Shown here piece by piece: positions 48,203 to 57,682 of a stretch of 64,000 nt of DNA; the first letter of the stretch is position 1; every line of letters begins with the position of its first letter. The notes beneath the pieces are model-generated. The model ran no database searches. It was given only the letters and a program-made list of their open reading frames with translations, and had not been told where the DNA came from. A program made the position numbers and the translations under genes. Source of the stretch: Lachnospiraceae bacterium (lineage in GTDB: Bacteria; Bacillota; Clostridia; Lachnospirales; Lachnospiraceae); the NCBI GenBank assembly GCA_017517305.1, contig JAFWZV010000011.1:38192-102191 (forward strand), read 5' to 3'.

Positions 48203-50350
48203 ATGCAAAAAATACAGCAAGAATTTGATAAGCATTTCTCAAAATATAAAGACCATAATATTGCAATTTATGGCACGGGAAACAATGCCAAAATGCTTAT
48301 TGAAAGTGTCAAAGGTTACAAGTTTGTGAATCTTGTATCCAAAGATTTTATAGGACAAGTTGTGTATGGTAAAACAGTTATTTCTCTTGAAGAAGCTTTG
48401 AAAACCGCTGACATGATGATAATTGCCGCAACACCTTCTTCAACAGCTATAGTTTACGAACGTATAAAAGAGTTAGTGCCAGAGCATTATCCGATTTATG
48501 ATATGATGGGGAATCGATTAGAAGGGCTGGAAAGGTATAAAAACAATGCCTACTGGGATTGTAATTTAAAGCAACTTCAAAACGCTATCAAAGACCATGA
48601 TGTGATTTCTTTTGATATTTTTGATACCTTAATAACAAGAACTGCACTAGAGCTAAAAGATGTATTTGATATGGTGGAGAGGCAACTTAAAGTAGAAGGT
48701 ATTACTATTCCCTATGTAAAGTGGCGTGTTCAAGCAGAAGAAAAGTGTAATAATGAATATGAAGCACCAACGATTAATCAAATATATGAAGTTTTTAAAA
48801 CTGAAAATAAGATATCGGATAGTATTGTAAACAGAGCCCAAACTCTTGAATTTGAAACTGATTTACAATTATTAGTAAAAAGATCAGTTATGGTTGAAAC
48901 ATTGGAGTGGGCAATATCCATAGGGAAAAAGGTGTATTTTACATCTGATATGTATTATTCAAAAGATGAGATGATGAAAATTCTGTCTAATTTGGGAATA
49001 AAAACAAATGTCTCTTTACTTATATCATCTGACATAGGGAAGTCTAAAGCAAAGGGAAGCTTGTTTGAGCATATTGTAGAACAAGAAAGAAATCTCTCTA
49101 TTCTTCATATAGGTGATAATTATGAGTATGACATTATAACTGCAAGAAAATACGGAATAGATACATTCTATATAAAAAAAGGCTATGATATGTTTGCAGA
49201 ATCCTCTTGCGGTTTTTTGATTGATCAGCTTAAAACAAGGGATGATAGGCGATTACTTGGTGTGATTATAGCTGAATTATGCAATAATCCTTTGGGATTA
49301 GCTGAATCAAATGGTAAATTGTGTATAAATAGATATGAAAGCTTGGCATGTATATTGCTACCTATTACCATACTATTTATGTCGGAGATAGTAAGAGTCG
49401 CAAATAGATATGATAGACTTTTATTTGCAGCAAGAGATGGTTTTTTTCTAAATAAATTGTATTCGGCTATTAGAGATAAGCTAGGAGATATGCTACCACG
49501 TGGGGAATATTTTTATGCGTCTCGTTCTGCGATGAATAGTGCAGCAACATCTTGTGTTGAGGATATAGAGAATTACAGTCGAAAGTTATATGAAGACACC
49601 AATACAAATATTAAGGACTTTATGAAGCTTCAATTTCATATTGAGGTGAATGATGAACTGGATCTTGCAATTGATGATGGCATAAAAAAGTGGGGAGAAC
49701 GGGGATTAAAAGATAAGCTAAATAAGTATAATGAAGAAATTCTTTTGAAGTCCCAGGCTAATAAAAATGGGTACTTAAGATATATCTCTGATATGAAATT
49801 AGATGAGTATGAAAAAATGGCAATAGTTGATATTGTGACACAAGGAACCTTAGTTAGTGGATTATCAAAACTGTTAAATTATCAGATAGAGCTGATTTCT
49901 CTGGGAACTTCCTGGATTCCAAATCGATACATACCAGATGAGAAGATGGTAAACTCGGTCTATGGAAACGTATACGAGAAAAAAGATAACATAGTTTATA
50001 TTCTTTCAGATTTAGGAGAATTGCATCTATTTTTAGAAATGTTATATTCATCTACTGAAGGACAGCTTTATGAATTCGACGAAAATGGAAATCCTACATT
50101 GAAGAAAGATACTGAATATGATTACGAATTGTTGACTTGTACACAGAATTGTATTCTAAAAATGGTTGAAAGCTTAGGGTCAGATTATTACAAAATGAAT
50201 GTATCTAAAGAATTTGCACTTGCATGTATGAGGTTATTTTATCGAAAGAATTCAAAGATGTCTGAAGAATTAAAGGATAAATTCAAGTTTGATGACCCCT
50301 ACGATGTTAAATTAGAAAAATGTAATTTAATAGATGCGATGAGTGTATAA
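48203..50350 (+). CDS. Rossmann module + HAD phosphatase + PRT-like domain (candidate ribofuranosyltransferase), paralog 1
   Basis: VISFDIFDTLITR, FTSDMY, LHIGDNYEYDI; LFAARDGF, VDIVTQGT. Confidence 0.65.
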   Translation: MQKIQQEFDKHFSKYKDHNIAIYGTGNNAKMLIESVKGYKFVNLVSKDFIGQVVYGKTVISLEEALKTADMMIIAATPSSTAIVYERIKELVPEHYPIYDMMGNRLEGLERYKNNAYWDCNLKQLQNAIKDHDVISFDIFDTLITRTALELKDVFDMVERQLKVEGITIPYVKWRVQAEEKCNNEYEAPTINQIYEVFKTENKISDSIVNRAQTLEFETDLQLLVKRSVMVETLEWAISIGKKVYFTSDMYYSKDEMMKILSNLGIKTNVSLLISSDIGKSKAKGSLFEHIVEQERNLSILHIGDNYEYDIITARKYGIDTFYIKKGYDMFAESSCGFLIDQLKTRDDRRLLGVIIAELCNNPLGLAESNGKLCINRYESLACILLPITILFMSEIVRVANRYDRLLFAARDGFFLNKLYSAIRDKLGDMLPRGEYFYASRSAMNSAATSCVEDIENYSRKLYEDTNTNIKDFMKLQFHIEVNDELDLAIDDGIKKWGERGLKDKLNKYNEEILLKSQANKNGYLRYISDMKLDEYEKMAIVDIVTQGTLVSGLSKLLNYQIELISLGTSWIPNRYIPDEKMVNSVYGNVYEKKDNIVYILSDLGELHLFLEMLYSSTEGQLYEFDENGNPTLKKDTEYDYELLTCTQNCILKMVESLGSDYYKMNVSKEFALACMRLFYRKNSKMSEELKDKFKFDDPYDVKLEKCNLIDAMSV

Positions 50351-50369
50351 CAGAAAGGAGTGACACACT

Positions 50370-51710
50370 ATGCCAGCAGTATCAGTATTAATGTATGTAA
50401 GAAATGGAATGCCATATTTTGACCGAGCTATTAAAAGCGTACTTAACCAGACACTTTCGAATATAGAAATCCTGGTTATCGACGGTGGTAGTACAGATGG
50501 TACAAGGGAATTAGTTCGTGAATATGAAAGCAAAGATAAACGAGTTCGGATGCTGAGCTGCGATGTGGGTAGTGTTGGAGCTCAGTTTAACATGGGCCTT
50601 CGTGAGGCAAAGGGAGAATATATAGGTATTGTTGAGTCGGATGACTATATATTGCCTGATATGTATGAGAAGGAATATGCTTGTGCGAAAAAGGTGAATT
50701 GTGATGTGCTTAGGGCGGATAACTATATCTTTTTTGAGCTAAATGGTGAAGAGGTTACTATACGTACCTGTGTGTCACATAAAGCAGATAACTATGGAAA
50801 AATTCTTTCTTCTAAATCAGAGCCAGATAAGATTTTTATTGGTGGAAGCTATTGGACAGGCATATATAAAAGAGAGTTTCTGCTAGATAATAATATATGG
50901 GAGAATGAAACAAAGGGAGCTGCTTATCAGGATTTTGGATTCTTATTTTTGACATCAGCACTGGCACAGTCGATATATTTTATGAAGGATGCATTTTATT
51001 GTTATAGAAAGGATAATTTGTTGTCATCATGCAACTCTCCAAGAGGAGTAGAGCTTGTTGAGACAGAGTTTAAATATATCAAGGATAATTTGAAGCAAAG
51101 AGGCTTGTGGGACAACTATAAGTCATATTACTACCTTTGGAAGATTAGAAATGAAAGATGGTTTTACAAGAATCTACAAGAAAGCGATAAGCAAAAATTT
51201 TTGGAATATGCATATGACAGTATATATGCTGATATGCAGGAATGTGATATCCCTGATGAACAGTGGAATAAAAAGGAACTTGATTTTATTAAAGCTATTA
51301 GAAAATCAGCTGATCATGTTGGCGAATACCTTAAGCAGGATGATATTCGCTGGAGCAAGTCCTGTGAGATGTTAAAGGGATTAAGCGATGATGAGCAACT
51401 TTACATATTTGGAGCAGGTAATTTAGGTGAGATAATCTATAAATACTTGGTAGGTCGGGGCTTAAGTCCAAAGGCTTATGTGGATAATAATACAGGTTTG
51501 TGGGGAACTAAAAAAGGCGGTGTGAAAATCATTTCACCTGCTGAGCTCATAGCTACCAAGGATGCGACTGTAGTGGTTTGCAGTGAGAACTATGCAGAAG
51601 AGATAGCAAATCAGCTACAAAATGAAAATGTAGAACCAGACAGGATAATACTCTGTAATGATATGGATTCCTGTGTTAGATTTTTTATGAAGATGAAAAA
51701 TGAAAAGTAG
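50370..51710 (+). CDS. Glycosyltransferase family 2
   Basis: VSVLMYVRNG, VIDGGSTDGT, GEYIGIVESDDY, WTGIYKREFL, YCYRKDN. Confidence 0.9.
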   Translation: MPAVSVLMYVRNGMPYFDRAIKSVLNQTLSNIEILVIDGGSTDGTRELVREYESKDKRVRMLSCDVGSVGAQFNMGLREAKGEYIGIVESDDYILPDMYEKEYACAKKVNCDVLRADNYIFFELNGEEVTIRTCVSHKADNYGKILSSKSEPDKIFIGGSYWTGIYKREFLLDNNIWENETKGAAYQDFGFLFLTSALAQSIYFMKDAFYCYRKDNLLSSCNSPRGVELVETEFKYIKDNLKQRGLWDNYKSYYYLWKIRNERWFYKNLQESDKQKFLEYAYDSIYADMQECDIPDEQWNKKELDFIKAIRKSADHVGEYLKQDDIRWSKSCEMLKGLSDDEQLYIFGAGNLGEIIYKYLVGRGLSPKAYVDNNTGLWGTKKGGVKIISPAELIATKDATVVVCSENYAEEIANQLQNENVEPDRIILCNDMDSCVRFFMKMKNEK

Positions 51711-51752
51711 AATAAGCTACAAGCAGTTTGATGGTTACGAGAGGTACGGCAT

Positions 51753-53112
51753 ATGAAATACTTACTATTTGGAACAGGGGATTATTATGAAAGATATAAA
51801 AAGTGGTTTCCTAAGGAGGATGTTTTAGCCCTTATGGATAATTCTCCTATGAAGGTGGGAACACAGATAGATGGTGTTAATGTGATGACCCCTCAGGATG
51901 CTGTTAAACTACCTTATGATACGATTGTTATATTAAGTTTTTATTTTGTAGAGATGAAAAATCAGTTGCTGGAGTTAGGAGTAGATGAAACTAAGATATT
52001 TCATTTTTACGACCTTCCCAAGGTTTTGCCAGCTTCTACGCCTAGGAGAGAGATTAAATATTGGGGTGTGAATTCAACTAATGATGAGAAGAAGAGGGTG
52101 CTACTTTTATCCCATGATTTAACCCTTGGTGGTCCCTCGCTAGCATTGCTACACGGGGCGAAGGTACTTCATAAAGGTGGATACCAGGTTGTCTTTGCAT
52201 CTATGTTGGATGGCCCTTTACGAGAGGATGTGTTAATGCAAGGTATATCTGTTATTGTTGACGAAAATTTACAAAGGGATACTATGGAGGAGGTGGAGTG
52301 GATAAAGGACTTTGATCTGGTTATCTGCAATACCATAAATTACCATGTATTTTTAAGTCGTAGAAAAAAAGATATACCTGTTATTTGGTGGTTGCATGAT
52401 TCTCCATTTTTTTATGGTGGAATTGATAAAGAGTTATTAAAATCTATTGATACAAGTAATATGAAGGTTGTTTCTGTGGGCCCTGTTCCAAGGGCAGCTA
52501 TGCAGGAATATAGACCGAGCTTAGAGATAGGGGATTTGTTATATGGGGTTTCGTTCAAAGGATAAGATACATTTCGTGACAATAGGTTATATAGAGTGGA
52601 GAAAAGGGCAGGATTTATTAATCGATGCTATCAGAATGCTTCCAGCTGAATTGCGAGAAAAATGTGAATTCTTGTTAGTTGGACAGGATTCATCTGTTAT
52701 GGCCAATGAAATTCGAGAAACTATTAAGGATATACCTCAGGTTAATATGTGTGGAAAAGTGGACAGAGAGAAGCTTAAGGAGATTCTTAATGATGTAGAT
52801 GTTATGATTTGTCCTTCAAGGGAGGACCCTATGCCTACCGTTGCGGCTGAGGCTATGGCCTTTGGTGTTCCTTGTATTTTGTCAGATGCAACTGGCACAG
52901 CTGGTTACGTTACAGATGGTTTAGATGGTTTGGTTTTTGCCAGTGAGAATAAGACCCAGCTAAGTAAAAAGATAGTATGGTGTGTAGAGCATATAGAGGA
53001 TATAAAGCAAATGGGTAAAGCGACAGAAACTGTGTTCAATAACCATTTTTCTGTAAATGTTTTTGAAGAAAATATACTAACCCTTGTAAAAGATATGATA
53101 GGTGATGCATAA
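51753..53112 (+). pseudogene. GT4-type glycosyltransferase split by a frameshift (51753-52565 and 52543-53112)
   Basis: ORF1 has the GT4 N-domain (LLLSHDLTLGGPSLAL, WWLHDS); ORF2 in the +1 frame has the C-domain (FVTIGYIEWRKGQDLLI, PSREDPMPTVAAEAM); frames overlap at tatggggtttcg. Confidence 0.75.
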
Positions 53113-53113
53113 G

Positions 53114-55156
53114 ATGAAAAACATTGATGATATTTTGAAATGTTATAAGGCTTCTAAAGTCGCTGTATATGGCCTTGGCACAGAAACAGAAAGGTTTCTT
53201 TCCCAGCAGGGTGACAAGGTTAATATTGTTGGTCTGTTGGATGGCTTCTGTGAAGAAGGCGAAATGTATGGTTATCCCATTATTTCTATGCAGGAAGCAG
53301 AGCTTAGGGGTGTGAAGCTAATTGTGGTGGTTGCGCGCCCTGGTTCATGCAAGGCTATCGCTAAGAGGATAGGCGATTTTTGCAAGGAGAATGAGATTGC
53401 TTTATTTGATGTAAGAGGGAAAAATCTGCTTGAAAACAGCAGGGTAACCTTTAATTTTTCACATATAGAGGGCGAATCTAAGGAGGCTTTGTGGGAAAAG
53501 GTAAAGAAGGCTGATACGGTGAGCTTTGATTTGTTTGACACTTTAGTTATGAGAAAGGTTTTGTCATATACAGATGTTTTTTCTCTTTTGGAAAGAAGCT
53601 TGGAGGATGAAGGGATTCGCATACCAGAATTTGCCAAACTTCGTCTTGGAGTAGAGAAAAATATATCAAAAAATGGTGCACCAACCCTTGAAAAAATCTA
53701 TTTGGAGGTGCTTAGGCAGGCTGGCATGGATTTAAAACTTGCAGAAAAGCTAGCCTTACTAGAATGGAAGTTGGATTATTCTCTGTTAACTGCTAGACCA
53801 GATGTATGTGAAGTATTTCGTCATATAGTAGGTAGTGGGAAAAGAGTATATATTACTTCAGACACATATTACAGAAGATGGCAGATTGAGAAAATACTTT
53901 CTAAATTTGAGGTAACAGGTGCCTATGAGCTTTTATTATCCTGTGAGGAAGGCACATCTAAAACTAATAATTTGTACGATCATTTACTTGCTAAGACAGG
54001 TAATGTTAAGGTGCTACATATCGGAGATGATGAGACTGCGGATATTGAAATGGCAGCGTCGAGAGGTATAGATACATTTCGTTTATATAATGGTGCAACA
54101 CTTTTTGACGCGTTAGGAGAGCTAGGTGTGACGCCGTATGTGTTAAGTTTGTCAGATAGAATAAGGGTTGGGCTTTTTATTGCTAGAATGTTTGGTAATG
54201 CCTTTTGGTTTGATGAAGAACAACGTAAGCTGTGTGTTTCTGATGCCTATGATATCGGGTATTTGTTCTGTGCGCCTATGATTTCTGATTTCGTTTTCTG
54301 GTTGAAAAATAGAGTTAATGAAGAAGGATTAAATCAAATTTTATTCTGTGCCAGAGATGGTTATCTGGTGGAAAAACTATACAAAAATATAGATAAAACA
54401 ACAAATTCTGTATATTTTCTTACATCAAGAACAGCAGCTATCCGGGCAGGGATGGAACAAAATGAGGATATTGACTATGTAAATAGTATGAAATATTTTG
54501 GCTCTGTGGAAGAGAATATGAGGGTGCGTTTTGGCATTGATGCGTCTGATATTAAGATGGAAGAATATAATAATAAAATATTTGAAAAGGCAATATTACA
54601 GCGTGAGAATTATAATAGGTATATAAATGGCTTGGGTCTAGAAGATGGAGAACTTGCTATATTTGACTTTGTGGCGAAGGGAACTACCCAACTTTATCTT
54701 CAGCGTTTGTTTAGTCAACATATGAAGGGTTTTTATTTTTTGCAGCTAGAACCTGAGTTTATGAAACATAAAGGGTTGGATATTTCACCGTTTTATTCAG
54801 AAGAGGAAAAGGACAATAGTGTAATATTTGATAGCTATTATATCCTAGAGACTCTACTTACATCCCTCCAACCATCCGTGTCGGAATTTGATGAAAATGG
54901 TAATGCTATATATGCGGCTGAAACTCGAACACAGCAGGATTTGAAATGTGTTGAGAGAATGCAGAAGGGTGTATTGGACTATTTTGATGATTATATAGGA
55001 CTGATTTCAGAGGATATGAGGGAATGCAATAAAAAGCTGGATGAAACATTTTTTGCATTAATTAACAAGGTTTTCATAACTGATAAAGACTTTTTATCGC
55101 TTGTTGTAGAGGATCCTTTCTTCGGAAGGATGACAGATATAAAAACTATGATATAA
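53114..55156 (+). CDS. Rossmann module + HAD phosphatase + PRT-like domain, paralog 2
   Basis: VSFDLFDTLVMR, ITSDTY, LHIGDDETADI; ILFCARDGY, FDFVAKGTTQ. Confidence 0.65.
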   Translation: MKNIDDILKCYKASKVAVYGLGTETERFLSQQGDKVNIVGLLDGFCEEGEMYGYPIISMQEAELRGVKLIVVVARPGSCKAIAKRIGDFCKENEIALFDVRGKNLLENSRVTFNFSHIEGESKEALWEKVKKADTVSFDLFDTLVMRKVLSYTDVFSLLERSLEDEGIRIPEFAKLRLGVEKNISKNGAPTLEKIYLEVLRQAGMDLKLAEKLALLEWKLDYSLLTARPDVCEVFRHIVGSGKRVYITSDTYYRRWQIEKILSKFEVTGAYELLLSCEEGTSKTNNLYDHLLAKTGNVKVLHIGDDETADIEMAASRGIDTFRLYNGATLFDALGELGVTPYVLSLSDRIRVGLFIARMFGNAFWFDEEQRKLCVSDAYDIGYLFCAPMISDFVFWLKNRVNEEGLNQILFCARDGYLVEKLYKNIDKTTNSVYFLTSRTAAIRAGMEQNEDIDYVNSMKYFGSVEENMRVRFGIDASDIKMEEYNNKIFEKAILQRENYNRYINGLGLEDGELAIFDFVAKGTTQLYLQRLFSQHMKGFYFLQLEPEFMKHKGLDISPFYSEEEKDNSVIFDSYYILETLLTSLQPSVSEFDENGNAIYAAETRTQQDLKCVERMQKGVLDYFDDYIGLISEDMRECNKKLDETFFALINKVFITDKDFLSLVVEDPFFGRMTDIKTMI

Positions 55157-55197
55157 TATTGCATAGAGAAGATTTGTAGTTACGAGGGGGTATACAT

Positions 55198-55860
55198 ATG
55201 AACTTTGAACTTAACGCATCTATGATGTGCGCAAATTTTGGTAACTTAGAAAAAGAAGTAAAGCTTTTAGACGAGGCAGGTATCGATTCATTTCATATAG
55301 ACATTATGGATGGTCGTTATGTGCCTAATTTTGCTATGTCCTTAAATGACATGAGATACATCGCAGGTGCAACTAAAACACCTCTTGATGTGCATCTTAT
55401 GATTGAGCACCCGAATAATCGTATAGGATTGTTTCTTAACAACTTAAGACCTGGTGATACCGTGTACATTCATCCGGAAGCGGAGTATCATCCATCTACA
55501 ACACTTCAGGCTATTATAGATGCTGGAATGATTCCTGGTATAGCTATTAATCCAGGAACTAGTGTTGAGACAGTTATGGAGATGCTTCGTATCGTTAAGA
55601 AGGTTCTGCTTATGTCTGTAAATCCTGGTAATGCGGGACAGATGTATCTCCCATATGTAGGCGAGAAGATTAATAAGCTTATTTCTCTCAAGGACGATAT
55701 GGATTTTGAGATTTACTGGGATGGAGCTTGTGGTATGGATAAGATTAAGGAGTTTGCCCCTAAGGGTATCAAGGGCTTTGTTCTTGGTACAACTGTGCTG
55801 TTTGGCAAGGACAGAGAGTATGGAGAGATTATTAAAGATATTAGAAATATTGAGTTTTAG
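55198..55860 (+). CDS. Ribulose-phosphate 3-epimerase family (Rpe/AlsE-like)
   Basis: ASMMCANFGNL, FHIDIMDGRYVPN, PLDVHLMI, GIAINPGT, LLMSVNPG, WDGA. Confidence 0.88.
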   Translation: MNFELNASMMCANFGNLEKEVKLLDEAGIDSFHIDIMDGRYVPNFAMSLNDMRYIAGATKTPLDVHLMIEHPNNRIGLFLNNLRPGDTVYIHPEAEYHPSTTLQAIIDAGMIPGIAINPGTSVETVMEMLRIVKKVLLMSVNPGNAGQMYLPYVGEKINKLISLKDDMDFEIYWDGACGMDKIKEFAPKGIKGFVLGTTVLFGKDREYGEIIKDIRNIEF

Positions 55861-55869
55861 GAGAACTAT

Positions 55870-56568
55870 ATGAATATAGCTCTGGTTTTAGCTGGAGGTA
55901 CAGGGACTAGACTTGGTGCTGATATGCCTAAGCAGTACCTTGTGGCTAAGGATAGGATGATAATTACATATTGCTTGGACACATTTTTTGCTTCTCCTAA
56001 CATAGATATGGTTTGGATAGTTGCTGAAAATAGTTGGCAGTCAGAGATTGTTAACGAATTAGATAAGCAGGGTATAAATCAAGGAAAGCTAAAAGGCTTT
56101 TCTCTGCCTGGTGCTAATCGTCAGTTATCCATATATAATGGTTTGTCTGACATTGTAAAATGTGCCCCAGAGGGCTCTTGCGTAATGGTTCACGATGCGG
56201 CTAGACCATTGCTTACCGAAGAGCTTATCAGCAGGTGCTTTGATGGACTTAAAGGCCATGATGGGGTTATGCCTGTTCTTCCCATGAAGGATACGGTGTA
56301 TATGAGTCAGGATGGAAATACAGTTTCAAAGCTTTTGGATAGAAGCACCCTGTTTGCAGGACAGGCTCCAGAGGTGTTTGATTTGTATAAATATTATCAG
56401 GCATGTCAGGCTTTATTGCCAGATAAAATTTTAGCTATCAATGGTTCCACTGAGCCGGCCATAATGGCAGGGTTGGATATTGCTATGGTGCCAGGTGATG
56501 AGGGTAATTTTAAAATTACAACCAAAGCAGATATGGATAGATTTATTGAACTTGTAGATAAATTATAA
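55870..56568 (+). CDS. IspD/TarI-family alditol-phosphate cytidylyltransferase
   Basis: VLAGGTGTRLGADMPKQYL, GANRQLSIYNGL, VMVHDAARP, AGQAPEVF, NFKITT. Confidence 0.9.
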   Translation: MNIALVLAGGTGTRLGADMPKQYLVAKDRMIITYCLDTFFASPNIDMVWIVAENSWQSEIVNELDKQGINQGKLKGFSLPGANRQLSIYNGLSDIVKCAPEGSCVMVHDAARPLLTEELISRCFDGLKGHDGVMPVLPMKDTVYMSQDGNTVSKLLDRSTLFAGQAPEVFDLYKYYQACQALLPDKILAINGSTEPAIMAGLDIAMVPGDEGNFKITTKADMDRFIELVDKL

Positions 56569-56596
56569 AATGGATTTACAGAGAGGGTGTGTTGAG

Positions 56597-57673
56597 ATGA
56601 AAGCATGGGTATTGCACAGCATAAATGATTTCAAGTTTGAGGAGCATGATAATCCAATACCTCAGCCAGGAGAGGTGTTAATTAAGGTTAAGGCAGCAGG
56701 TATATGTGGCTCTGATATTCCTCGTGCATATGAGACAGGTGCTCATGTTCATCCTCTTGTTACAGGACATGAATTTTCTGGTCAGGTAGTTCAGGTGGCA
56801 GATGAGGAGCATGCGAATTGGATAGGTAAGAGAGTGGGTATATTTCCTCTTATACCTTGCAGAGAGTGTGGTCCATGTAAGAATGAACAGTATGAAATGT
56901 GTAGGAATTACAGCTATCTGGGTTCTAGAAGAGACGGGGGATTTGCAGAATATGTATCTGCACCAGTGTCTAATCTTATAGAATTACCGGATAATGTAAC
57001 CTTTGAACAGGCAGCTATGCTGGAGCCTATGGCAGTGGCAGTTCATGCCATGAGACGTGGGTTTTCCCTTATGGGCTCAGTGGCTGAAGAGACTTTGAAT
57101 AATAGTACAGTGGCTGTATGGGGACTTGGAACCATAGGACTTTTGTTGGTTATGTTCCTAAAACAGGCAGGGGTTAGAAATATATATGCCATTGGCAACA
57201 AGGAATTTCAGAAAAAGCAGTTGGTTGAGCTGGGGATTCCTCAGGAGAATTACTGTGATAGCAAATCAGATGATGCCCATAAGTGGCTTATGAATAAAAC
57301 TGAGGGCTACGGAGTGGATTTGTTCTTTGAATGCGTAGGTAAAAATCAGGTGGTGGCTGAAGCAGTTGAAGCTACAAAGCCTGCAGGTGGAATAGTTTAT
57401 GTAGGTAATCCTTATTCAGATATGCAATTTGATAAGCCTACTTATTGGAAGATACTTAGAAATCAATTAAAAATTACCGGATCCTGGAATTCCTCCTTTA
57501 CCGGTGATGATAATGATGACTGGAATTATGTGGTACAGTGTTTAGCCAAGAGTTGTATTGCGCCAGAGAAGCTTATCTCTCACAGATATCCTATGGAGGA
57601 GCTTGAAAAGGGATTTCACATTATGAGAGACAAGACAGAGGATTATGTAAAAATAATGGGAATTGGGGAGTAG
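56597..57673 (+). CDS. Zn-dependent alditol-phosphate dehydrogenase (MDR family)
   Basis: GICGSD, TGHEFSG, CRECGPC...C, GGFAEY, EPMAVAVHA, GLGTIG. Confidence 0.9.
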   Translation: MKAWVLHSINDFKFEEHDNPIPQPGEVLIKVKAAGICGSDIPRAYETGAHVHPLVTGHEFSGQVVQVADEEHANWIGKRVGIFPLIPCRECGPCKNEQYEMCRNYSYLGSRRDGGFAEYVSAPVSNLIELPDNVTFEQAAMLEPMAVAVHAMRRGFSLMGSVAEETLNNSTVAVWGLGTIGLLLVMFLKQAGVRNIYAIGNKEFQKKQLVELGIPQENYCDSKSDDAHKWLMNKTEGYGVDLFFECVGKNQVVAEAVEATKPAGGIVYVGNPYSDMQFDKPTYWKILRNQLKITGSWNSSFTGDDNDDWNYVVQCLAKSCIAPEKLISHRYPMEELEKGFHIMRDKTEDYVKIMGIGE

Positions 57674-57682
57674 GAAAAGGAT

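Noticed and set aside
55870-56568. ispD of the MEP isoprenoid pathway
   Set aside because: No ispF or other MEP genes adjacent; flanked by an epimerase and an alditol-P dehydrogenase in a LicD locus
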